This document shows positions 44,246 through 54,258 of a DNA stretch of 64,000 nt, in pieces. Positions within the stretch are counted from its first letter, which is position 1, and every line of letters begins with the position of its first letter. Below the pieces are notes generated by a model. The model did not search any database, had not been told where the DNA came from, and worked only from the letters and a program-made list of their open reading frames with translations. The stretch is from an uncultured Caldisericota bacterium (GTDB lineage Bacteria; Caldisericota; Caldisericia; UBA6126). The stretch lies in contig CAYRWA010000001.1 in assembly GCA_964427915.1 (NCBI GenBank), positions 1,619-65,618 on the forward strand. Reading direction: 5' to 3'. Position numbers and translations under genes: made by a program.

Positions 44246-45102
44246 TCAAACAGAAACCATCTTGGTTAAAAATGAAACAAAGAGAGCAACAGTTTTCTTC
44301 AACAGAAAACTGCCTATCCTCCCTCCAGCTCCATACGGTATGTCAAGAAGCACATTGTCCTAATCAAAACGAGTGTTTTAGTCACAGTACTGCTACTTTC
44401 ATGATTTTAGGAAAATTTTGCACGCGGAATTGTACATTTTGTGCTGTAGAAAAGAAAAAACAACCTTTGCCCCTGGATCCGCATGAGCCTGAAAACGTTG
44501 CAAAGGCGGTGTGTATGTTAGGATTAAAACACGCCGTCATCACTTCTGTTACTCGTGACGACCTTGACGATGGTGGATCTCATCATTTTGCAGAAACGAT
44601 CCAACAAATCCGTACGCTTTCTCCTGCTACTACCATAGAAGTTTTGATTCCTGATTTTTCAGGTCATCACGATGCTCTTGATGTGATCATTCAATCGAAG
44701 CCTGAAGTCATAAATCACAACATTGAAACCATTCGGGACCTGTACCCAAAAGTACGTCCTGGGGCAGATTATGATCGTTCTTTACACGTTTTATCCTATG
44801 CCAAAAAGAATGGCTGTGCATATACCAAATCTGGTTTTATGGTAGGTTTGGGAGAAACAAGGGAATCTATTCAACATCTTATGGAAGACTTGGCATCCAC
44901 TGGTTGTGACATACTGACTATTGGTCAATACTTACAGCCTTCTCTTGCCCATTATACAGTGCAAGACTATGTTCCACCTATGCAATTTGAAAACTACAAA
45001 AATATGGCCCTAAAAATCGGTTTTAAGCATATAGAATCCGGACCATTGGTTCGGAGTTCTTACCATGCAAGAGAATCGTTGGATCATGTAATGGAAGGGT
45101 AA
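44242..45102 (+). CDS. lipA: Lipoyl synthase (radical SAM)
   Basis: ORF track gives 44182..45102. ATG 44242 (MIKQKPSWLK) forms an ATGA overlap with the lipB stop. Motifs CQEAHCPNQNEC, CTRNCTFC, GFMVGLGE. Confidence 0.93.
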   Translation: MIKQKPSWLKMKQREQQFSSTENCLSSLQLHTVCQEAHCPNQNECFSHSTATFMILGKFCTRNCTFCAVEKKKQPLPLDPHEPENVAKAVCMLGLKHAVITSVTRDDLDDGGSHHFAETIQQIRTLSPATTIEVLIPDFSGHHDALDVIIQSKPEVINHNIETIRDLYPKVRPGADYDRSLHVLSYAKKNGCAYTKSGFMVGLGETRESIQHLMEDLASTGCDILTIGQYLQPSLAHYTVQDYVPPMQFENYKNMALKIGFKHIESGPLVRSSYHARESLDHVMEG

Positions 45103-45443
45103 TACATCAAGAAGAGCCTTTTGTTAGCATCTCTCCGGATTCCAATAAAATCAATTTGAAAACTTGAAATGGTTGGGTTTCTATCGTTAAGATACTGATA
45201 CACAGTTTTTTGAATGCGAGCATATTTTTGCTTAGTGATTGATTCAATAGGAGAACCAAATGTTGAAGAGAGCCTCATTTTCACTTCAACAAAATGAAGA
45301 ACCCCCTCTTTTTTAGCAACAATATCAATTTCTCCATACGGTCCATGATAATTCTGCTCCACGATTTGGAAGCCTTTTTTGAGCAACCACCTCTTTGCTA
45401 AAGATTCTCCTTGGGTACCAATAGTACGTGTTGAGAGTGGCAA
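45084..45443 (-). CDS. yraN: YraN-family (UPF0102) PD-(D/E)xK endonuclease-like protein
   Basis: 119 aa from TTG 45443. Motif GESLAKRWL...GEIDIVAKKEGVLHFVEVK. The 3' end overlaps the lipA 3' end convergently by 19 nt. Confidence 0.8.
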   Translation of the reverse strand: MPLSTRTIGTQGESLAKRWLLKKGFQIVEQNYHGPYGEIDIVAKKEGVLHFVEVKMRLSSTFGSPIESITKQKYARIQKTVYQYLNDRNPTISSFQIDFIGIRRDANKRLFLMYYPSIT

Positions 45444-45453
45444 AATGAATACA

Positions 45454-46176
45454 CTACCGACTCAGTATTTTTAAGATTGATTGAATCTTTGAGTCTTCAA
45501 GAGGTTCATTTTGATACTTCTGCAAAAAGGGGATTAGTTGTTTGGTTTTTAACACAACCACTGTCTCATCTTTCATTTCTAACTCAGCATGTATATTTGT
45601 AAACACAAGAATCCCTTGAATCCAGTAAGGAAACTTATCTTTGCCACCCAATTTTTTTTCAAGATACTTTCGAAGTTCCCAGACATTTCGTTTTAGTTGC
45701 CTACTAGGATTGTTGATATGGCCACGATACACGCCGCCATTTTTGCCTGTTTTTGTATAGGTCCATGAATCTCCCACACACTCAACTTTCCCATTATAAT
45801 TCTTCGTTTCGATCACGAAAATTCCTTTTGGTCCAATTAACAAATGATCAATGTCACAGTTTTTGTGGGGAATGGTGTAATTGTTAACCATATTCCATTC
45901 ATCGGAGAGTAAATGAAGAACATTTTCCACATTTTCCTGACCCGTCAACCCGGCTCTCCAAATGTTGATCTCTGTATTTTTCTGATCAATCCAATAGCCT
46001 GTAATAAACATTAAAAGACACCCTGCCACAATAAGGTAGACATTAGGATTCTCGGGCAATAAACCCAGGGCAACCATGCAAAAACTAAAAAAGAAACTAA
46101 AAATCAAAAAGGAAATCTGGATAATAAGAGAGGACAGCATTGTTTTTACAAAATTATGCTTTTCGATAACCTTCAT
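45454..46176 (-). CDS. Membrane-anchored NERD (nuclease-related) domain protein
   Basis: 240 aa with two N-terminal TM helices. NERD-like core DIDHLLIGPKGIFVIETKNYNGKV. ATGA overlap with the rnhB stop. Confidence 0.7.
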   Translation of the reverse strand: MKVIEKHNFVKTMLSSLIIQISFLIFSFFFSFCMVALGLLPENPNVYLIVAGCLLMFITGYWIDQKNTEINIWRAGLTGQENVENVLHLLSDEWNMVNNYTIPHKNCDIDHLLIGPKGIFVIETKNYNGKVECVGDSWTYTKTGKNGGVYRGHINNPSRQLKRNVWELRKYLEKKLGGKDKFPYWIQGILVFTNIHAELEMKDETVVVLKTKQLIPFLQKYQNEPLEDSKIQSILKILSR

Positions 46177-46832
46177 TGTAGACCCTTTAAAAATGTTCGT
46201 CTATGAAAAGACGATATGCCGCGATCATGAAGAGCCTGAAAATGACTCTTTGTTCCGTATCCTTTATGAGCGGAAAACCCATAAAAAGGAAAAATTGTAT
46301 CCATTTTTACCATATAACGATCTCTTTCTACTTTGGCAACAATAGAAGCAGAGGCAATAGAAGAATAAAGTGAATCTCCTTTTACACAAAGAATTTGAAT
46401 TCCTCGTTTTTCGTCTGCAATTTGTTGATTTCCATCTATTAAAAACAACAAAGAACAATGACGCAATGCTGGATTGAGTAAAATCTGATCAATACATTTT
46501 TTCATTGCCCATTTGGTTGCATTTAGTATGTTCATTTTGTCAATCATGTAAGCGGAAACAAAGCTAGTAGCTATGTATGCACCTGATTCTAGAATGGCCA
46601 TGTAGGCCATTTCTCTTTTTTTGGGGGAAAGCTTCTTAGAGTCCCTTACAAAAGGTTTTTTCAGGCAATGATAATAGCATACAGCGGAAGCCGTTACGGG
46701 TCCTGCTAATGACCCTCTACCAACTTCGTCAATACCAATAACTGCGAAATTCTTGTAATCGCGAGAAAGAAGGTATTCATTGTGCCATAAATCTGAGTCT
46801 GCTGAATCAGTATTCAACATGAGCAAAAGCAA
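46173..46832 (-). CDS. rnhB: Ribonuclease HII
   Basis: 219 aa. Motifs GIDEVGRGSLAGPV, DSKKLS, SASIVAK. The start may be the internal Met at 46820. Confidence 0.9.
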   Translation of the reverse strand: MLLLMLNTDSADSDLWHNEYLLSRDYKNFAVIGIDEVGRGSLAGPVTASAVCYYHCLKKPFVRDSKKLSPKKREMAYMAILESGAYIATSFVSAYMIDKMNILNATKWAMKKCIDQILLNPALRHCSLLFLIDGNQQIADEKRGIQILCVKGDSLYSSIASASIVAKVERDRYMVKMDTIFPFYGFSAHKGYGTKSHFQALHDRGISSFHRRTFLKGLQ

Positions 46833-47343
46833 TAAAATCTTTGGGGGGCCACAGTATCAAGACAGCCCTTCCTTCGATTGCTTCTATTTTTATGGGGCCA
46901 AAATCTCGACTGTCCAAGCTATTGTTTCGGTGATCACCCATGACAAAAAACTCATCCTCTTGCAATACAGCAGGACCATACAAACTAGGGGTTGCGGTGG
47001 AAACGTACACTTCGTCTAACTCTTCTCCATTTATTCGCACGATTCCATTACGTACTTCAACCGACTCGCCGGGCAATCCAATAATCCGCTTAATATAGGA
47101 GACATCTTGGTTGCTTGGTGGATGAAACACAACAATGTCCCCTCGACGAAGTTTGTCAGGGTTGGAGTATAACTTATTCACAATCACATAGTTACCCTCA
47201 TGAAGGGTAGGGATCATGGAACCCATTTCAACTTTATAAGGCTGAAAAAGAAACTGCCGAACAAGAAACGCTATTAGCAGGGCAAGGGCAATGGTCCAAA
47301 TCCACTCAATGATTTCTTTTTTGGCAGATAAGGAAAGTCTCAT
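46807..47343 (-). CDS. lepB: Signal peptidase I
   Basis: 178 aa. N-terminal TM. Motifs GSMIPTL, YIKRIIGLPGE, GDHRNNSLDSR. TAATG overlap with the rplS stop. Confidence 0.9.
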   Translation of the reverse strand: MRLSLSAKKEIIEWIWTIALALLIAFLVRQFLFQPYKVEMGSMIPTLHEGNYVIVNKLYSNPDKLRRGDIVVFHPPSNQDVSYIKRIIGLPGESVEVRNGIVRINGEELDEVYVSTATPSLYGPAVLQEDEFFVMGDHRNNSLDSRDFGPIKIEAIEGRAVLILWPPKDFIAFAHVEY

Positions 47344-47723
47344 TATGCGGCTTCTTTTATGGGTCCTTTATTTTTCTTTGTCATGTTTTTACGTTTAATT
47401 TTGTTCATACGACTATTTGACTCTCTGAGATAGTATAGTTTTGCTCTTCGAACTTTTCCATACGTTACAACTTCAACTTTTGCAATAGATGGAGAATGGA
47501 AAGGAAAAACTTTTTCAACTCCTTCTCCATAGGAAATTTTTCGAACAGTAAAACTTTCTCCAATACCTCCTCCCTTTTTGCCTATAACGACGCCTTGAAA
47601 CACTTGGAGTCGTTCTTTTGATCCTTCTACAATTCGCTGGTACACCTTAATAGTATCGCCAACGGAAAAGGGCACAACATCTGTTTTTAAATATTCTTTG
47701 GTTAAATCGTCTAACAACTGCAT
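47343..47723 (-). CDS. rplS: 50S ribosomal protein L19
   Basis: 126 aa. Motif FSVGDTIKV...[19 protein letters not shown]...FTVRK typical of L19. Confidence 0.95.
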   Translation of the reverse strand: MQLLDDLTKEYLKTDVVPFSVGDTIKVYQRIVEGSKERLQVFQGVVIGKKGGGIGESFTVRKISYGEGVEKVFPFHSPSIAKVEVVTYGKVRRAKLYYLRESNSRMNKIKRKNMTKKNKGPIKEAA

Positions 47724-47877
47724 ATTTATACCTCTCTAAAGTATATATCAAGCAAGATAAAAATCCTGTTTTACAAATACTGTGATTTCAATAAAATTCT
47801 ATTACAAGCTAAAAAAAAATGTTATCATATAACATAACAATTACAAGCCTGCTTAAAGCATTTTCAAGGGGGACAAT

Positions 47878-48597
47878 GTGAGAGAAGAATGGTACAATCT
47901 ATCGTTCTCTATCGAAAACAACGTTGGTATCATCAATGTAAACAATAGAGCAGATAGCAATGCTATATCAACGAAGTTTTTACGAGAACTGAAAAACGGA
48001 CTCAAAGTGTTTCATCATAGTAAAGACGTCAAAGTTATTATCGTGAAGGGAGAAAGCGAAACTTTCTCTACAGGCATTCGTAAAGAAGAGTTATCCGCAG
48101 GTCACGAAACTGTAACCGATTTTTGTGAATTTGGTTGGAAAGTCTTTAACAAGTTTTCAGAAATCAAAAAGCCCGTCATCGCTGAGGTTCAGGGAAACGC
48201 ATTTGATGCTGGTTTTGAACTTTCTTTAATGGCTGACTTACTATTCGCATCAAACACTGCTCAGTTTGGGTTCCCCGGTATTAAAAATTCCATTGTACCA
48301 GCCTTTGGTGGACTTGCTCAACTACTACACATGACAGGCATTCGATACACTCGTGAACTTCTTTATACCGGTCGTATTGTAACCGCAAAAGAAGGAAAAG
48401 AGAGCGGTTTCGTCAACGACATTTTCCCATCCGAAACACTTCATGAAGAAGTATCAAAAATTGCACAGCAAATCATTCAAACACCCATTTCTATTTTGGG
48501 GGGATTAAAAAACTCTTCCGGAAAGATTAGCGATATCATTCGAAGACTTCAAATGCAAGATGAAATAAGTATCTTCGAATCGTGTTTTCACGACTAA
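47878..48597 (+). CDS. Crotonase-superfamily (enoyl-CoA hydratase/isomerase-like) protein, atypical active-site motifs
   Basis: 239 aa from GTG 47878 (SD AAGGGGG). Motif GNAFDAGFELSLMADLLFAS...FGFPGIKNSIVPAFGG. Confidence 0.65.
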   Translation: MREEWYNLSFSIENNVGIINVNNRADSNAISTKFLRELKNGLKVFHHSKDVKVIIVKGESETFSTGIRKEELSAGHETVTDFCEFGWKVFNKFSEIKKPVIAEVQGNAFDAGFELSLMADLLFASNTAQFGFPGIKNSIVPAFGGLAQLLHMTGIRYTRELLYTGRIVTAKEGKESGFVNDIFPSETLHEEVSKIAQQIIQTPISILGGLKNSSGKISDIIRRLQMQDEISIFESCFHD

Positions 48598-48624
48598 ACT
48601 AACTATTTTGGATTTGCTTTTCTT

Positions 48625-50106
48625 TTAAGGATACCGCAGTGTAATTTTCTTTTCTGTGGATTCCCATTCTACTTTAGCACCTAGTTTTTCACTTACAAAA
48701 CGTAGGGGAACAAATGTTCTACTATCTCGTATAACGGGGGGAACATCCATTGTGAAAACTTTACCATTTACATACGCTCTGGTATCCCCTACTTTCATTT
48801 GAATGTACTGGGTTTTAAGACTATAGGCAATTCTTTTGTCGTCAGGAAACCATGTAATTTCAGCCCCCAGAGCATCGCCTATAGGTCGAATGGGCACCAT
48901 TGTTCTGCCTTCTTCTACAAAGGGTGGAGCATCGATAGAGTAGGTAATTTGGTTATCTCGAACGTATTTTTTCCCAATCCACATTTCAAACACAACATAA
49001 TTTCTTCTTTCTGTTGAATCATGCACAAAAGAGAACAATTCTCCATAGGAAGACACAGAATACATACGTTGATTTGCTAGAATCAGATATTTAGAAGTAG
49101 TGCCTACAGAAGAAAAATACAACCGATTTCCTGTTTTTCTATCAAGGCAGTACATAAGAAAATCATCTGCCCCAATCCAAATATATTCTTCTGAAACTAT
49201 GGGGGCGGATTCAATAAAAAAACCAGCCTCAAATTGCCAATTCAGATTACCTGTTTTAACATCTACGCAAAACAAGAACTGATCAAATGCAACATAAATA
49301 TTGTCTTCGTAGTACGAAGGAGGATTCATACTGTTATAATTGGGATAAAACTTCTTCCATACTTGTTTTCCAGTTTTTGCATCCAAACAATAAAGAGTAT
49401 CATCAACGGGACATATAAGCCGATTTTCATTGATACAGATACCGTGTAGAACATTGTTGATCAACTCATATTCCCATAGTTTTTTATGATTTTGGATAGC
49501 AAAAGCATAAATCCGGTCTTCTGCGACAACATAAAATCTTTCGTTATCAAAAGCAACCGGAAGACGTATTTGTTGTCCAAAGAGAATATCCCACACTTTT
49601 TCACCTGTATCTGCTTTCAAGCAAATAAGTTGTTTACCCGATCCAAAATACACATGATTTTTATACACAATGGGGGAAGAATTCGTCACACCTTCCTCTG
49701 TATCATATTTCCAGATTTGATATCCTGTTTTTGCATCCACTGCATACATGGCATTGGTGTATCCTGCATAAACTATGCCATTGTGGTAGAAAGGACTGGA
49801 GTTATGGAAATCTTTCGTACAATATTGCCAAATAATTGTACCCCATTTTGCATTGTAACACACCAATCCCCATGTAGTTGCAATGTACAACTTGTCTTCA
49901 ACTACAATAGGGCTCGAATTGGACGCTCCCACTAACTCAACCCATGCTGTTCGCAAGGGTGGTTTAAGTGTTTCCAAAGATTGACCTGAAAAAGTTGTAT
50001 CAGATCGATATTGATGAATATCAGCAAAGCATTGCGATTGAAGGGATGCTCCAAAAGCTACGATAAGAAGAATGGAAATCAACCCAAGAACCAATTTACG
50101 TAGCAT
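48625..50106 (-). CDS. Secreted PQQ-like beta-propeller repeat protein with C-terminal copper-amine-oxidase N-terminal-like domain
   Basis: ORF track gives 48625..50199. ATG 50106 (MLRKLVLGLISILLIVAFGA, signal peptide) has AGGGAGGA 5 nt upstream. Repeats YAVDAKTGYQIWKY, CLKADTGEKVW, CLDAKTGKQVW, CVDVKTGNLNW. C-terminus MVPIRPIGDALGAEITW and FVPLRFVSEKLGAKVEW. Confidence 0.7.
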   Translation of the reverse strand: MLRKLVLGLISILLIVAFGASLQSQCFADIHQYRSDTTFSGQSLETLKPPLRTAWVELVGASNSSPIVVEDKLYIATTWGLVCYNAKWGTIIWQYCTKDFHNSSPFYHNGIVYAGYTNAMYAVDAKTGYQIWKYDTEEGVTNSSPIVYKNHVYFGSGKQLICLKADTGEKVWDILFGQQIRLPVAFDNERFYVVAEDRIYAFAIQNHKKLWEYELINNVLHGICINENRLICPVDDTLYCLDAKTGKQVWKKFYPNYNSMNPPSYYEDNIYVAFDQFLFCVDVKTGNLNWQFEAGFFIESAPIVSEEYIWIGADDFLMYCLDRKTGNRLYFSSVGTTSKYLILANQRMYSVSSYGELFSFVHDSTERRNYVVFEMWIGKKYVRDNQITYSIDAPPFVEEGRTMVPIRPIGDALGAEITWFPDDKRIAYSLKTQYIQMKVGDTRAYVNGKVFTMDVPPVIRDSRTFVPLRFVSEKLGAKVEWESTEKKITLRYP

Positions 50107-50893
50107 AACTATCCTCCCTAATGGTGTTTTCAAAAAGTGGAGAAAAATCAATGAAGGTAAAGGGCAAAGAGAAAACTTCATGAAGTTTTTTACACACATT
50201 TAGTACGCCTCCTTTTTCGGAGGCGTAGTGAGTAAGGCATAAAACATTCATATGATGATCTTGTGCAAAAATATACATTGTATGAGAAAACTCTCCCGTG
50301 ATAAAAACATCTACTTTTTCCCGATATGCATCCGCAATAAAGGAAGCTCCATCCCCTGAACATATAGCTACTTTTCGAACTTGGTTGCCTCCAAAAGGCA
50401 ACAGAGTTGTGGGTTCCTTCAATAGATTTTCATATTTTTTCTGGAGAATTTCGAGTGATATACCATTACAGAGACAAGCAACCATCCCCATATCGTACCC
50501 ACTATATGTACAGAGAGAATGCACCGTTTCTTCTACAGGACACAAGAAACGAAGAAGTGCCATGTTGTTTCCGATCTCAGGATGGATATCCAATGGTAAG
50601 TGAGAAGCATAAAGTGCACTTCTTGATTGAATTAAATTCTGGATCTTTTGAAAATGAACTCCTTGTAGAGACGGGTTCATTCCTTTCCAAAACAGTCCAT
50701 GATGAACGATAAAAAGGGATGGAGCAGAAGGATGAACTTCTTGAAAAAGTTTCTCACTAGCATCCACAGCCCCGTAAACGTGTTGAATTGGAGATTTTCC
50801 CGTAACTTGCATACCATTCCAGGATTTATCATCGGGACAATCCTGTAATATTGAAGAGAGATACGAATCAATAATCTCTAATTCAACAGACAT
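50096..50893 (-). CDS. Nif3-family dinuclear metal centre protein (YbgI/YqfO-like)
   Basis: 265 aa. Motifs FIVHHGLFW, ASHLPLD, ITGEFSH, LTHYASE. Confidence 0.8.
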   Translation of the reverse strand: MSVELEIIDSYLSSILQDCPDDKSWNGMQVTGKSPIQHVYGAVDASEKLFQEVHPSAPSLFIVHHGLFWKGMNPSLQGVHFQKIQNLIQSRSALYASHLPLDIHPEIGNNMALLRFLCPVEETVHSLCTYSGYDMGMVACLCNGISLEILQKKYENLLKEPTTLLPFGGNQVRKVAICSGDGASFIADAYREKVDVFITGEFSHTMYIFAQDHHMNVLCLTHYASEKGGVLNVCKKLHEVFSLPFTFIDFSPLFENTIREDSYAT

Positions 50894-50899
50894 AAAATA

Positions 50900-51664
50900 T
50901 TACCCTCCATGAAAAAGGTTTCGATAGTTTTTCATCATTGCCTCATGTAATGTTTCTAGAGAGATATTCCGCAGGGTAGCAACTTCTGCATAGACCTCTT
51001 TAACAAAGAGTGGTCTATTAAGTACTTTCCCCCTGTATGGGACAGGAGTCAAATAAGGACAATCAGTTTCTAGTAGCAATTTATCTCCAGGAACAATTTT
51101 TACCACTTCTCGTAATTCGATACTTCTTTTATACGTAATATTGCCAGAAAATGAAAGATACAATCCAAGATTTAAAAATTTTTCTGCCATTTTTCTATCG
51201 GATGAATAACAATGCATAACTCCTTCAATTCCTGGAAACTGTTTCAACACCTCATATACTTCAAGATCGGCTTCTCGGTTATGAACAATGATGGGGTAAT
51301 GGTGTTGACACGCAAAGTCAACTTGCTGTATAAAGCATGCCCTTTGTAAAGTAAGATCAGTTTGGCTTTTCACTTTATCCATACCAATCTCACCCACGGC
51401 CCGATACTCTTGATGAACAATTTGGTTTTGTAAAAAAGCAGAGATTTCGTCCTGATACGAATCCAGATAATGAGGGTGAATACCAAACGAAGCATCAATC
51501 CAATCATATTGTCTAGCTAAATCGAGAGAAGCTCTTGAAGATTCCGGGTTGTAGCCAACATTCATGATGTGATCAAAATGATTCTCCACAACTTCTTTAA
51601 TGATGTCCTCAACAGGTTCTTTGCATAGTGGAATATGGGCATGAGAGTCAATATATTGAATCAC
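50900..51664 (-). CDS. tatD: TatD-family metal-dependent hydrolase
   Basis: 254 aa from GTG 51664 (GTGA overlap with the metG stop). Motifs IDSHAHI, GEIGMD, IIVHNREA, LLLETDCPYL. Confidence 0.9.
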   Translation of the reverse strand: MIQYIDSHAHIPLCKEPVEDIIKEVVENHFDHIMNVGYNPESSRASLDLARQYDWIDASFGIHPHYLDSYQDEISAFLQNQIVHQEYRAVGEIGMDKVKSQTDLTLQRACFIQQVDFACQHHYPIIVHNREADLEVYEVLKQFPGIEGVMHCYSSDRKMAEKFLNLGLYLSFSGNITYKRSIELREVVKIVPGDKLLLETDCPYLTPVPYRGKVLNRPLFVKEVYAEVATLRNISLETLHEAMMKNYRNLFHGG

Positions 51665-53562
51665 TTCACGCGTGCCCCAACATACATTTCACTATCTTCA
51701 GGTGTTACAATGGACAATTGATCTTTATGCGAAGCACACAGAATCATCCCTTCAGATTGTTGACCTCGCAAAGTAACAGGCTGCAAATTGTTTACGACCA
51801 CAACTTTTTTCCCTATAAGTTTTTCTGGTTCATAATACTTGGCTATACCCGCTACAATTTGTTTTTGAGTATCTCCGATTTGTACTTTTAATACAAGTAA
51901 TTTGTCTGCATCAGGATGCTTCCCGGCTTCAACGATCTGGCCTACTCGAAAGTCAAATTTTACAAAATCATCAATTGAACAGTTGGTTTCTTTTTTGTCG
52001 GGTGTTTCGCTTTTTTTCTTTTCTTCTTTCTTTTGTTTTTGAACGCGCGGAAACAATACGGAAGGAAACGCAACCGTCTGTTCCGATTGTAGAACTCCAA
52101 CTCCAATGCTTTGATCCTTTTGATTTTCAAAGCTCTCAGCAACCTGTTTGGAAAATACAGGCATGAAAGGTGTAAGCATAACTCCTACCAATCGGATTCC
52201 TTCCAATAAAGAATAAAGCAAATCTGACAAAGGCTGGTTCTCTTCTTTTTTGAACAGTTCCCATGGCTTGTATTCTTCAATCATTTTATTGCCTCTTCGC
52301 AACATATTCCAAACTGCCTCAATTGCTTCTTTAAAACGATTTTCATCCATGCACCGCAAATAATGAAAAACTTGATCTGCAAAAAAAGCCTCTTCGCTGG
52401 AAATTACCTTACCATTGGGTACTTTGCCTTGAAAATACTGTTTTGTCATGGCAGAAACGCGGTGAATTAGATTCCCTAGGTCATTGGCCAGGTCATAATT
52501 ATAGCGATCCAAAAGACGTTCCATTGAAAAAACTGAATCATCGCCAAACGTAGTTTCTCGAAACATAAACCATCGGAGAACATCCGCTGATAATGTTTTT
52601 GATATCCCTGTTCGAGATGACAAAGCATCCACGACCATGGTTGGATCTACAATGTTTCCTTTGGATTTTGACATTTTTTCGCCATCGGTTAGCCACCAGC
52701 CGTGTACAAAAACTTTTTTTGCTGGGGACAAACCAAACGCCATTAGCATGGCTGGCCAAATAACACAATGAAAACGAATGATATCTTTGCTCATAAGGTG
52801 ACAATCTGCTGGCCACCACGAAGAAAACTGCTCGGGATTTGCGTTGTAACCACAAACAGTTAAATAATTCAGTAATGCATCAAACCAAACCCACAATACA
52901 TGTTCTTTATCAAATGGAAATCGGATACCCCATTGTTGGGAGTGTCTTGAAATAGAAATATCTCGAAGCCCCCCCTTTATCATACTAACCACTTCATTGT
53001 ACCGAGAAGCAGGTTCAATCGCGCTTGGATGGTTTTGGTAAAAAGCAAGCAGTTGATCTTGAAAAGAACTCAGTTTAAAAAAATAGTTTTCTTCTGAAAC
53101 TCTTTTTATGGGACGATGACAATCCGGACAATGGCCTTCCTCCACCTCTTTGTCAGTCCAGAAAGACTCACAGTCTACGCAATACCACCCTTCGTAGTTC
53201 CCCTTATATATCCACCCTTTTTCTTTGAGTTGACCAAGATATTGTTGGACTACATCAAGATGATCTTGATCGGTCGTGCGAATGAATCGAGTATACTCGA
53301 TGTGAAATTGCGAAAAATACTGTTTCCATTTATCCGCTTCTTTATCTACATATTCACGGACGGAAATTCCTTGCTTCTCAGCAGCAAGTACTACTTTTTG
53401 TGAATTTTCATCACTGCCGGTTGTAAATAGGATCTCACATCCTCTCAATTTGTGATACCGTGCCATAATATCCGCTGCTGTAGTGGTGTACAAGTGCCCT
53501 ATATGTGGATCTCCACTAATATAATAAATGGGAGTGGTTACAAAATACTTTTTTTGGCTCAT
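51661..53562 (-). CDS. metG: Methionine--tRNA ligase with C-terminal tRNA-binding (Trbp111/EMAP-like) domain
   Basis: 633 aa. Motifs PHIGHLY (HIGH), KMSKSKGN, zinc knuckle CVDCESF...CPDC, Lys/Glu linker then FRVGQIVEAGKHPDADKL. Confidence 0.95.
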   Translation of the reverse strand: MSQKKYFVTTPIYYISGDPHIGHLYTTTAADIMARYHKLRGCEILFTTGSDENSQKVVLAAEKQGISVREYVDKEADKWKQYFSQFHIEYTRFIRTTDQDHLDVVQQYLGQLKEKGWIYKGNYEGWYCVDCESFWTDKEVEEGHCPDCHRPIKRVSEENYFFKLSSFQDQLLAFYQNHPSAIEPASRYNEVVSMIKGGLRDISISRHSQQWGIRFPFDKEHVLWVWFDALLNYLTVCGYNANPEQFSSWWPADCHLMSKDIIRFHCVIWPAMLMAFGLSPAKKVFVHGWWLTDGEKMSKSKGNIVDPTMVVDALSSRTGISKTLSADVLRWFMFRETTFGDDSVFSMERLLDRYNYDLANDLGNLIHRVSAMTKQYFQGKVPNGKVISSEEAFFADQVFHYLRCMDENRFKEAIEAVWNMLRRGNKMIEEYKPWELFKKEENQPLSDLLYSLLEGIRLVGVMLTPFMPVFSKQVAESFENQKDQSIGVGVLQSEQTVAFPSVLFPRVQKQKKEEKKKSETPDKKETNCSIDDFVKFDFRVGQIVEAGKHPDADKLLVLKVQIGDTQKQIVAGIAKYYEPEKLIGKKVVVVNNLQPVTLRGQQSEGMILCASHKDQLSIVTPEDSEMYVGARVK

Positions 53563-53571
53563 AAAAAACTC

Positions 53572-54258
53572 CTAATCGAAACGAAATACAATGGAAATCT
53601 CTCCTCGTACTTCTCGGTCTTGCCACAAGGTTAAAAGATAAGAAGGAGATCCCCGAACAATTTCTTCGTTTTTTTTGGTCATTTCTCTACATATACAAAC
53701 TTGCAACGAAGGATCAAACTCGTTCATCCACGTTAATGATTTTACCATTCTATGTGGAGATTCAAAAGCGCAAACAGTATAGTCAGTCTCTTTCAATTTT
53801 TCTAGCAATTGGAAAAATTTGCTTTTTTTTCTAGGAAGAAAGTTCACATATTGGAAATTTTGAATCGAAAAACCAGAATACACTAAAGCTGTAATAACAG
53901 CACTAGCGCCAGGAAGAACAATGACAGAAATAGCTGCCTTTCGGCATTCCTGCATAAGCTCCAGTCCAGAATCTGCAACCAAAGGCATTCCAGCGTCAGA
54001 CACCAAAGCCACAGAATCTCCATTGTTCAACTTTTCAATAATTTCTTTATTCTTGTATAACGTGTGCTCATGATAAGAAATAAAATGGCTTTTAATGTGG
54101 AAGGTGTTTGCTATTTTAATTGTTCTTCTTGTATCCTCACAGGCAATCCAGTTTACTGATTGAAGAACTTCTAAACTCCGCAGTGTGATATCCTTCAAGT
54201 TTCCAATAGGTGTTGGTACAATATACAAAACACCTTTTACAGGGGGATTACCCTTCAT
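53572..54258 (-). CDS. rsmI: 16S rRNA (cytidine1402-2'-O)-methyltransferase
   Basis: 228 aa. Motifs LYIVPTPIGNLKDITLRSLEVL, ACEDTR, VSDAGMP. Confidence 0.9.
   Translation of the reverse strand: MKGNPPVKGVLYIVPTPIGNLKDITLRSLEVLQSVNWIACEDTRRTIKIANTFHIKSHFISYHEHTLYKNKEIIEKLNNGDSVALVSDAGMPLVADSGLELMQECRKAAISVIVLPGASAVITALVYSGFSIQNFQYVNFLPRKKSKFFQLLEKLKETDYTVCAFESPHRMVKSLTWMNEFDPSLQVCICREMTKKNEEIVRGSPSYLLTLWQDREVRGEISIVFRFD

Noticed and set aside
51985-52045. Low-complexity A/T- and purine/pyrimidine-run DNA (tttcttttcttctttcttttg); considered a tandem repeat
   Set aside because: It encodes the Lys/Glu-rich linker (KQKKEEKKKSETPDKKE) between the MetG catalytic body and its tRNA-binding domain.
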